The notes below the pieces were generated by a model that ran no database searches, was not told where the DNA came from, and saw only the letters and a program-made list of their open reading frames with translations. DNA of 64,000 bases from Trichoplax adhaerens. Lineage: Eukaryota; Animalia; Placozoa. A program made the translations under genes and the position numbers. Of this stretch, positions 53,201 to 64,000 are shown one piece after another. The stretch's first letter is position 1. Each line of letters begins with the position of its first letter. The stretch spans positions 1,388,202-1,452,201 of the forward strand of contig NW_002060946.1 in assembly GCF_000150275.1 (NCBI RefSeq), written 5' to 3'.

Positions 53201-55363
53201 GCTAATATGATTGACAGGGTAGGATTAGTAACGTACTTCATTCAGCTATACAGTAATAGTAGACAGTATTCTTTTTGGCTGTAATATTGATTCTTTAAAG
53301 TATTGATTGAATTTATATTGTTCCGCATAACTTGTGTTATTTACATTATCCCTTAAAATCAGGAAGATAATACCTAGACTAAAGATCTTGTAAAATATTT
53401 CTATCCAACATAGGTTATGATTTACCTAATCGATTATGTGCTCCCTAAGAATTATTTCGCTAACAACTTGCGAGCACTATCAGTCGATATGGCCGTATTT
53501 AGAGATTTACTTAGAGAAGAAGAGCCAGATTTATGCCAACATTTAGATAAATTACAAGCAGAAGCTGCAGAAGAAGCAGGCAGCGATTATGAACCGCCTT
53601 TAACAAACGTATTTACTATGCAATGGTTTCTAACGATTTTTGCTACTTGCCTGCCTCGCGACACAATTCTTAGAATTTGGGATTGTGTACTTCTCGAAGG
53701 ATCAACTGTCTTGGTTCGTACATCCTTAGCGTTGTGGTCGATACTCGGAGAGTAAGTACTCTGAATAAACGTTGCACAAGAAGCGCAGTCGGATTTACTT
53801 TATCAATTTGAATACTGCAGATATCTTGTATAAATGTAATGTAATCTTAACTGGATATTTATATCCTTATAGACGTATTTCCGCTGCAGAAAATGCTCAT
53901 GAATTTTATAGTATGATGGGATACATTTCACAGAAAATGTTAGAGGGCAGAATTATCGATCGTGATGCACTAATTCAGGTAAATTTTATTTAAACTACCG
54001 CGACATAACTCGTAAATTTACGGAAAACATAAGTCTTAAGCCTTCGAAAATTGTCAATTCACAAAATATTTTTAATATTCGTCCAGAAAATATATTCTAA
54101 TGGATCCTTCCCTCATCCAATCATCGAAGAACTGCGTGATAAATATACTTACAATATTACGCCATTTACGTCTTCAACTTCAGAAGTACCATCGAAATAT
54201 TCTACATCAGGTAGCACCGGAAGTACTCGTGATAGTGATGATGATGACGAGAATTACGTTGAATGTCCACAAACTCCGCCGGCGAAGTGCTTAGGAGGAT
54301 TTTTTCCATATCCAGAAGAAGGTAATTTTTATTGTGCCTCAATAACTGACTATTTAGAGTATTTAAAATGAAGAAGCTGGGTAACTTATAATTTTAACTA
54401 ATGCAAATACCGGATGAAGATTTAAAATTGAATTTTTTTGATGCCATCATCTTATTATTAAATGTAGATAAAAATACAGATGGTTTATTTAAGTATAAAA
54501 GGAAATTTAAAAAGAATAAAGAAGAGTCGTCCGCTGCAGGGCGTAAGCAAGCATTTGATAATACCTTTGTTTTGAAGAAGTCAGTTGCTAAAGAACTAAA
54601 GGCTTTACGAAAGCAATACTCGCAAATGAGACAAAAACAAAAGAATATGCAGCTGGTTGCGGAAAGCTCCGGCATGACCTCTTTACCTAAAGATGATCCG
54701 AAGTTAAATTTCGAAGGGTCAGAAGAAAATGAATCTCATGTTATCAATCATTTATTTGTTAGTAAAGGCCAAAAATGGAATCGATTATATGGTGGGGGAA
54801 AATCTTCAAGTATGAATGCTTATCCACAAGAGCAAAAAATAGGAGGATACGTAGATAAACCTCGCTCGCGTCATATATCCTTAGATGAGCAAATCGATGA
54901 AGAAGACCACGAAAAACTCGGATCTAAGTCTATGACTGACTTTAGTGAAAATAGTGGATCAACGAACGAAGAGAGGAATTTAATCAGCCAAATAAAACGG
55001 ACAAATTCTGAAAGTGTATCTGTAAGTAGCGTTTTTGGAAGTGCTGATACCGTATCATCCTATTATTCAGATGAAAGTACGCAAAAAGGAGTATCAAATT
55101 CTGGTCAAAAATCGCGCTTTGGCGTTCCGTTGGCAACCGCAAACTTTAATCCTTTTCCTACTCGAGGTGCATTAGAAGAGAAGCGATTAAAGAAATCTAT
55201 TAAAGTCGGAATTGGTCATACGAACGATGTCTCTGGTACTATTATGAATAACTCGGCTGCAAGTAATCGGTCTAAAAAAATTGCTGAAATTAATGGTATC
55301 CGGGCTATGATACGAATGAATAAATATCCTTCTGCCAAAAGTCTTTCAAACGAGTCATCGTGA
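47205..55363 (+). CDS. TBC1D30: TBC1 domain family member 30 (Rab GTPase-activating protein)
   Basis: Exons: 47205(or 47259/47355)-47796, 48698-48862, 52042-52103, 52293-52358, 52480-52599, 52714-52899, 53414-53751, ~53873-53978, ~54087-54321, ~54469-55363. TBC motifs IVKDLHRTG and GYCQGFN are present. TBC1D30-type strings LRALSVDMAVFRDLL, YEPPLTNVFTMQWFLT, LRDKYTYNITPF, SIVDSLLCEIY and FNPFP are present. The start codon is uncertain. Confidence 0.93.
51101..51227. repeat. Intronic minisatellite, ~46-bp unit x ~3
   Basis: TTCCnGAAAATGAAGGATAAAAGAnTAAnATAATT is repeated three times in TBC1D30 intron 2. Confidence 0.75.
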
Positions 55364-56453
55364 AAAAAAGTGTTAGATTAACTACAACAATCGTAATGCC
55401 ATTAATAACTTGTCATAAATGTTGAAAATATTTGTTATTAATGTATGCAATGTTACTTGTATGCCCTTAATTTACAACAGTATCAATGAAAGCAATTTTA
55501 TTGTAAAAACTATGAAAACAAAAGTATAATATATAAGATAGAGATATGTACATATGAGATGTGTTTACGTTATTTATTTCATGGAATTTATATTAAATTC
55601 ACAACGCTGCAATTATGATCTGGAAATTTGTTAGTGCTCTCCGATTTGTAAATGTAACTTAAGAAGCTAGACTATAAGTGATTTTTTTGTGAAGATATTT
55701 AAAGATAGTAACTACGCATATGTGGTGATTGCGAAAAAATTGTAGTCTTTGAACTTGTATGAAATACTCCAAAATTTCATTTTACAAATCTTGAATTGTT
55801 GTCATTGCTAATCGATAAAATTTTATTACGGCAGTCTCAAGCCGAAGTTTTTGAGTCTTGTGCGTCAAGTATCGCTGTTACGGCAACAGTATATTGGAGG
55901 TCACCGATTTCAAGTGATCTATTTATGTATTATCCAAATCTATGTAAATGATATAGTTATGATATTGTTACCTGGTATTAAAATTGTGGCAGTGTATATT
56001 ATGCGAGTTATTTATTCGGTTTTACTGTATAATTTTTAATTTATATTATAAAATCTCTATTAACATTATTTATTGCTTAACATTTGCTGCATTAAGAATT
56101 GACCGTGCAGTACGTGTAAATTTTGACCGTTTTAGAGAAGGGATTGAGATAATATTTCTTTATATTTTAGATTAAATTATCATAAGGAATAGCGACACCT
56201 TTAAAGTTTTATTTCTATTTACGTGATCGCAAAATGCTATTACTGTGAATTTGTAAGTACTTATAACAGTATGTACGTATATAATTGTTATTGAAGATAT
56301 GAGTCAATAAAAATAAAGTATTACCATAATAGTGAGACTTTCATTGAAGAAAAAGGTAGAAAGACAACTTTTATATTACACTACGTACGATGATTACTAA
56401 TTCATCGTAATTTGCATCATTCCAATGAAGAACTTAAATATCGAACCATAGCA

Positions 56454-59400
56454 TCAAATTAAGTCCGTTTGAGAAAAGTATCTGTCAAATCATAAAGCAG
56501 ATAGTACCTTGAGTTGGTATACCTTCTTGCTAGCAAAATACGCGTATAATCGTATCAGAAAGTAACTTTTATGAAGTCGTTTAAATTTTACCTTGCAACA
56601 ATGACAATGATTAGGTTTAATGCGGACACTAGGTGATCATCAGTAGCCTAATACAGTAGAATATTTTCAGATGTACCTGTATATGAAGTTATACATATAG
56701 GTCATGATCAGTATTACTTTATTTACCAGAGTTTCACGACGTTCTGAGCAATTTCTGGCCAATATCCTTAGCATAGACGTAGTCTCCGGTAGCAGTGGCT
56801 TTTCAACGCATACTAAAAGGGCATACAGCCACTGTCCCTGCGATAAAGTAATGTATGAGGATATCTTATTATAAAAGATATAAAATAGTTTGCACTCTAA
56901 AACATTCACCAGCAGTAGTGCACAACGGTAAGGAAATATGCGGGAAATTATTCACTTACAAAGAGATCTGTAAATTCCTTCTGATTAAAGCCTTCAGTCA
57001 AATTTTCGAATGCTTTTATTAACACAGCCTAAGGATATTTGAAATCTTAATTAAACTCTAAAGGCATGAAATACGAACTTCAACATGCCTACAATAATAT
57101 CCATATAAGTAGTTTCTTCTAGTATGCCTAATTTATCTTAATAACTAAAATTAAATTAATATAGTAAACCAACTGTTGTATTACACTACTCAATCTACAT
57201 CGTTCGAATGATCATTAAAGTCAGTAGAAAAAAAATAAAATAATCACACCGTAAGCATATTATTAACTTCGATGATAATTCTAATTATTATTTCACCATA
57301 CTACGATAAACGTACGATTATAATTAATTTTTAACCTACATATTTCATGCTTGCCAATAAAGCTAGTGTTGGAGGATTTCCTCTCTATCAAAGTTGATTA
57401 ATGATTATTAACGTAGACTTTCATTCCATGATTTTTGTAACCTAAACTGAATATCCATGTGTAAGTTTAACATGAGTCTGACTTACATGTTTGTTTGATC
57501 CTAAGCAAAAAGTAAGCCAGCCATTTTCATCCTTCATAGCCGGCTGATAGTCCAGTGATCATTTACATAAGCAAGCCATGCATTTATATGGAAATAAGAT
57601 GGATGGAAAAGTGTTATGACGAATGTACACGACAAAATTCCTGGCAAGATACTATAATAGAATAAGCAGCTAATTTGCTTAGCGAAAAGTACAATAACAA
57701 ATAGCCTTTAAAAGTAGTTCACTATAACACTTATGGTAAAATTTACACCGTCTTACAAAATTAATATCGATCTTGGAGTTGCTTTTCATAAATTTGGCTT
57801 TGTATTGCATGAATTTCTGCATAGTAGATAAAACAGAAAATAAAAAATCAGCTTATAGTAGTAACATTCAATAAATGTTTTATACTTGTTTAACACTGAC
57901 AGTAGCTAGAGTCGTTAGGATTCTGTTACCGAAGCTATGTATGCAATTAAAGCCGCGTACAGTATTTTTTAGGCAAGGGAGGGAACTTTGACAGCTCAAA
58001 ATAACAAAATCATTTTTATACAGTTCAGTATAACTTGTACCTGCCGATTTTCTGAAAATGTGTGAATTAGAAAATCTTGTATTTCTTCTGATGGAGGAGT
58101 TGGTAGTAAACTGCTACTCTAGACATTTTAATTGATTCACAAGTTAATGATGGAAATATAAAGAGTATATAAGTAAATATATAATTAATTGTACTATTAC
58201 AATCATAATAAATGAATGAATAATTTGTACTACTTATTGAATTAAATTATAATTTTCTTCAAATTGCAATTATAGGCATAGATTTACATTGATTACTGTG
58301 TAGCTACATTGTAGATACATTGGCTGTATTTGCATCTTATGTTAATCATCTTAAAGACTAGTACCTTCGTGTAGTTTACTGTGCGCCTAGAATTAAATCG
58401 TGAAGAATCGAAATTTTCAGCAACGACAACATCTGGACAATTATTTGCTTCATGCCTATAAAAGTAAAATTGAATCGCACGATCTCGTTTAATTAATAGT
58501 GTTACCAACTATCAAGGAGATAAATTTGAAACTTAGATACTAAATCTTTGCGATCATTTCTATCCATTAGGTTATAATACTTTAAACAATAAGTTTACTA
58601 GAAATAAATAAATTAAATTATAGGCAGTGAAGGTGCAATTTTTTTACAATCATCAATGATTATCATACAACACCGCGTATCTGCATATGTAATTTATAAG
58701 ATTTAATATGTATTTTTATGAACAAAGTAAATACTATAGAGGTATACGAGTAGTATAAAAAAAATTTCTGGATATCCTTGGATCGTGCGTTAAAGCATTC
58801 TGATAGCTAACCGGTTTAACTCTGTATGTAAACAGTTTCATGTGCTACCTTTAATGTTATCAATTTATTGATGGTACTTGGGTACGAGTCTCATGGTATC
58901 TAAATTTGTCGATTGCAATAAACGTAAAGTTTTATGATTGTAGGCTGTTTGGATTTGTTTACAAATTCGATATTTAGTCGTTATACATGGATAATGTAAT
59001 CTCTACATTTGTAGGTTTAATAGCATCATTTTTTGGCCTTGCATGCATACAGTACAAGCAAAGAGAAATCAACTAGTACGTCAGAAGATACGAACTGAAT
59101 ACAGTATGTAGACCAAAAATAGCATCCACTTTTGGCCTTGCATGCATACCGTAGATGCAAGGACAAATCAACTAGTACGATAGAAGATACGAACTGAATA
59201 CACGACTGTGTGTAGACCAAAAATAGCATCTACTTTTGGCCTTGCATGTATACAGTAGGTGCAAGGAGAAATCAATTAGTGCACAGAAGATACGAACTGA
59301 ATACAGTATGTAGACCAAAAAATAGCATCCATCTTTGGCCTTGCATGCATACAGTAGATGCAAGGAGAAATCAACTAGTACGACAGAAGATACAAACTGA

Positions 59401-60224
59401 ATACAGTATGTGGACCAAAAAATTGCATCCACTTTTGGCCTTGCATGCATACAGTAGATGCAAGTAGAAATCAACTAGTACGACATAAGATACGAAGTGA
59501 ATACAGGACTGTGTGTATACCAAAAATAGCATCCACTTTTGGCCTTGCATCATGCATGCAGTAGGTGCAAGGAGAAATCAACTAGTGCGACAGAAGATAC
59601 GAGCTGAATACAGTATGTAGACCAAAAAATAGCATTCACTTTTGGCCTTGCATGCATACAGTAGATGCAAGGGGAAATCAACTAGTACGACAGAAAATAC
59701 GAACTGAATATATAGACCAACTTCAAGTTAGCAGCATTGTACTGCAAGGTTAGCAAGTGCATTGGTTCAACCCTGTTAGAAAGTGCGTATTACATTAAAG
59801 TATGGTTTTCATTGGATAAAGGAGTAAAAAAGATTCATAGATTGCTTGTGGCCCTATCTCGACATTGCAGTTTATCTCAGAGTCTTTTAATCATCTGCCC
59901 ATATTTCAGATTTATAAGGAAGCAGTATACTGATGTCATTATCAAGCATTCTGGTATGACATCGATTGAGCATCATCCAATCTTGCACAGTAGCCTACTT
60001 GAGGTTGATTGAATCTTAGTGCAGGACTACTGTATTGATGCACCATTGCTTGTGTCAAACAGTCGATGAGGTAATGCAATGTGTAGAATAACATCATCTA
60101 TCTAGTAGCTATCTTACCGAACGTTCATTAAGTAATCCTCAGCGGAAGTTGGTACAGATTGTTGCAGCGATGGAATATTATCTCGACCATGATGGTCATC
60201 ACCTACAGGTAAACATCGCTCCAT
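56454..60224 (-). CDS. GEMIN2: Gem-associated protein 2 (SMN complex subunit, SIP1)
   Basis: Exon 60224-60118 [19 protein letters not shown] splices to 58455 [12 protein letters not shown]. Later exons give [44 protein letters not shown] and YFSQTDLI* (TGA 56454-56456), all characteristic of Gemin2. The exact N terminus is uncertain. Confidence 0.88.
59019..59720. repeat. Intronic minisatellite, ~100-bp unit x ~7 (GEMIN2 intron)
   Basis: Unit TTTTGGCCTTGCATGCATACAGTAGATGCAAGGAGAAATCAACTAGTACGACAGAAGATACGAACTGAATACAGTATGTAGACCAAAAATAGCATCCAC starts at ~59031, 59130, 59234, 59334, 59434, 59537 and 59640. Confidence 0.95.
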
Positions 60225-61424
60225 GGAAACGGCTAGCTGTTGAAAAGAATTCCTTGTATTACAAGGTGTTGGAGGTGAATGAGAGAATTTAATCAAACTA
60301 CTGCATTTATTGTCACTTACTGCATCCGTTGAGCAGGTAGGAATAGGAATCTGCAGTAATCTAGAGGAGGAAAATAAGGAATAATTCAATCCAGCTACTT
60401 GAAAATCATCTAGGCCGACGACCAAAAAGGAAAATACCTCCTCTAGACTCTCCTTTCCTCCATACAAATTCCTATGTTCTAATATCCGGTACTCTACTGC
60501 TTTCTCTTGTTGCAAGACAGTACTATCACTGAAACATGGCTAAAGCGACTACGATAATTTAAAGTATCTCGTAAATAACTGCTTTCTTATAGCTTGAAGA
60601 TATCATGTTCGCGTTATGCTATAGCAGTACAGGCGTCCGTAGCGACGTCCATTAATTAGAGAGTGACGTAAAGACGTTCTGACGTTTCGTTCAAAAAAAT
60701 GACATTCAATAGATCCTTATGAAACATCAATAATGATCTGGAGACTATTGTTTCTGTATAGGTAAGAGATATCATGTTTACGATGGCTTATAGACTTCAC
60801 TTGCAAATTAGATGTCGTCATCTATACAATTCTTTATGGAGTACCTTAAACATGATCCAATGTTGTATAGATTAGTTGGTGCTGAATTAGAAAAGCAATC
60901 TCGTCATACAACACCAATCTTCAAGCTAGAAACTTGCTTTCTTTTATAGCATTAATTTGCTAATGACGAATTTAAATGATGTGCGCATCCAATTTGTCTT
61001 CTATATGTTTTTGAAGACAAATTAGATCGACGTGTTATGATGGTAAATAGGCTAAGAAGTAGCTCAGTTCTTGATATAGGAACGCAAACATGAGCGTCTT
61101 GCTATACAATTACTATACCGTATTGAACACATTCTATACTGGACCTCCTTCATTAACTACAAGCCGAAACTCTACATTATATACTGTAGAGTTAAGTGAA
61201 AATAGTATCGGAAGATTCTATTACAGTGCATACTATGGTAGAATTGGTAGTATAAAGTACCCTAGACTGCTAAGCGAGTGACCCTCTTGACGTCTCAATC
61301 GCGACGTCGTACAACGTTCCGGCGGATTCCATAGAAACGGATACGAATACTCAATGCAGCTAGCTAATGGACTCCTGCAAGGTTTAATGTCGCTTTTCCT
61401 TGCCACTATTCAACTGGATTAAAA

Positions 61425-63932
61425 ATGACATCGCTTATCCTTTTGGGGATATTAACACATCTAATTTACATCATTGCTGTATTTGAAAGTTATATCCAAT
61501 CGCCACTGGTCCATGGCATGCAAGGACATTCAGTTCGTCAACGACCTCCTGCTAAACGTCTTGTCCTCTTTGTAGGAGATGGTCTACGAGCTGATAAGCT
61601 ATTTCATATCCAAGATAATATTGCAAGAGCTCCATTTTTGAGGTAATTTATTCATTCACATCATCCAGACATGATGGCATCATGTGTATGTTGGTGTTAT
61701 AATACCAGAATATCTTATTTCTATTTCCTTATGGATATATTGACCTTGACGTCGCATATCAACAAGCTACATCGATGCATACTGTAGAATAGATTATAGA
61801 CTGGAATAAGTGGCAACACTACAACACAGTTTAAATTTTGACTACTATTGAAATTTCAAGCTTGCTAGCTAAAATTGAACTATCGTTTAATTAATGACAA
61901 AATCTGAGCATGATACATGGTGTCTATAGCAATTGCTAATTTGGATTGAGTTGACATTTCAAAAATCAGATTCTTAGCACCATCCAATCAATTTACCCGC
62001 TAATAAATCGCATAATCGAATACCAGTCCTAAGCGGATAAGCAGTTGCAGTTGATGAAGCAGCAAATCATATGATTAAAATTTTAAAAATTCCTCCCAGT
62101 TTATCATGATGTTAACTATCCTACTGATACACCTTAAGTGACAATTATGTATGCATTAAAGGCTACCTATATAATTACTTGCTAGCTTGCTAACAGACCA
62201 GTAATATGATCATAATATTAAATTACGAGGAAGTTCTGGACGAGATGCGTAGTGTTCAATTCGAACTTTATCAACACTGATCGCACATTAGATTTAGTTG
62301 ACTAGGTTGCAATGTATCAGCATTCTGACATTTAAAACATTTACATTATTATGCAAACCTTCGCACTTTCTGACCTGAAATCGTAAAATACTATCATTGA
62401 TCGATATTGCAGTTTATGAACTGACGTCAGATCAACAGTCAATCAGTAAATATAGTTGAAATATGTATAATTTAGCTTGAAATAAATATACAAACAGGGA
62501 AATTTATTTTACTGTGCTTGATGTTACCAGGGAAAAAGTTTTAAAATATGGTAGTTGGGGCGTATCTCATACCAGAGCACCAACAGAAACTAGGCCAGCT
62601 CATATTGCATTAATCGCTGGCTTTTTTGAGGATATTACTGCCATCAAGAAAGGTAAGGCAATTGAATTATTGTAATGTACTGCATGTGAAAATGTCTTAA
62701 ATTGTTACATAGAAACAATAAACGAATACATCGAACTGTGCGTAATGTGTTAATGATTTTTATGAATATTTACAAATATAAAACCGTACTATCAATCAGA
62801 TCAAAGATACCCTATTCTTTGTATCGTTACAGGTTGGAAAGAAAATCCAGTCAAATTCGATTCAGTCTTTAATCGAAGTACTCATACATGGTCATGGGGC
62901 AGTCCAGATGTTCTACCTATTTTTAATAAAGGTTATTAATTTATTATAAACAGAAAGAACTAATGTAATATTTGATTTGAAACTGCTGGCATAAAAATGT
63001 TATCATACATCCGTCCTGAATGTACTCCCCAGCCGTCCTATTGTAACAGTGAAAACTTAGCACTAACAAACTTACGAATAATTTACTTATAAATATAAAC
63101 TAGCATTAACCTTCATTCTTTAATTTAAACAATGCATATATAACTGAACCCAGCCTACCTTGACTACGTTGAATAACAAGGGCTTTCTACTTCATTGAAT
63201 TTGATCTATGATGATGACTAAAAAGTTTTTACATTTTCTGACTCTCTCTTTATATAAAGGAGCTGCGAAACGAAAGATGACAACGTTTATGTACTCACTA
63301 CCATTCCAAAATTCTGTTTACTATAATGGTATTGTATTGGACAAGTGGGTGATTGAAAACTTCAGAAAGTTTTTTACCCAGGCAAAGTCTAACCAGGCTC
63401 TCAAACGAGCATTGAATCAAGAAGGAATTATGCTATTTTGTCATTTACTTGGAATTGATACTAATGGCCATTACTATAAGCCGTACTCCCAGTATGAACA
63501 TAAGTTGATATTTTAATAATTTTTGGCTTTAGTATTTAATTGTAATTTTCTGCTGTTTCAAGTTTTAACGTTATAATTGGTCCCTAACCTAGGCAATACA
63601 TAGAAAATATTCGTTATGTTGATACTGCAGTCAGGAAGATGGTTAACATTATTGAAGATTTTTTCGGCCATGATGGAAAAACGGCTTTTATTTTTACTTC
63701 AGATCATGGGATGATGGATTCAGGTGAACTAATGCAGTAACGAGAGTGCTAGTTACTATTATAAAATATATGTATTAAAATTCATCTAAATTTAACTTCT
63801 TCAACGCTGTAGGGTCGCATGGTTCTGGTAGAATACAAGAAACGTATTCTCCATTTATAGCGTGGGGAGCCGGAATTGCATGGCCGGTACATCCGAATCC
63901 AATTGATGACTATAATGATCGTTTAGCGAGTG
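61425..63932 (+). CDS. PIGN: GPI ethanolamine phosphate transferase 1 (PIG-N/MCD4), 5' part; continues beyond window
   Basis: Exons: 61425-61642, 62531-62652, 62833-62931, 63260-63491, 63593-63723, 63813-63932. Motifs: [93 protein letters not shown]. Confidence 0.93.
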
Positions 63933-64000
63933 GTATGTTATGAATAAATTGATCGTGCATAAAAGTTTTCATGTTCTACACAGCGTATATTGCTCATGTT

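Noticed and set aside
59019-59720. Possible CRISPR array or repetitive protein ORFs (59026-59553)
   Set aside because: Units are similar along their whole length with no unique spacers, there are no cas genes, and the array is in a eukaryotic intron. The ORFs are by-products of the repeat.

Overview
AT-rich eukaryotic (animal) genomic DNA with many short GT-AG introns. Gene content and style fit a compact early-branching metazoan genome, most plausibly a placozoan (Trichoplax-like); the taxon is inference. 0.4-17.4 kb: a cluster of six paralogous two-exon genes for ~250-aa secreted proteins, each with a signal-peptide exon, a fibrinogen/intelectin-like N-terminal subdomain and a Cys-rich C-terminal region I cannot name. 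Three copies are intact and three are pseudogenes at different stages of decay. A MITE-like element with 49-bp terminal inverted repeats follows. Then: a full-length laminin beta chain gene (-), a tRNA-Arg(CCT), a ~1,900-aa mostly low-complexity protein with a C-terminal EF-hand-like domain (-), two tandem duplications, TBC1D30 (+), GEMIN2 (-, with a ~100-bp intronic minisatellite) and the 5' part of PIGN (+). The most interesting system is the diversified secreted-protein cluster, a candidate innate-recognition/lectin repertoire under birth-and-death evolution. All gene models were built by hand from splice consensus and reading frame; no database search was run.
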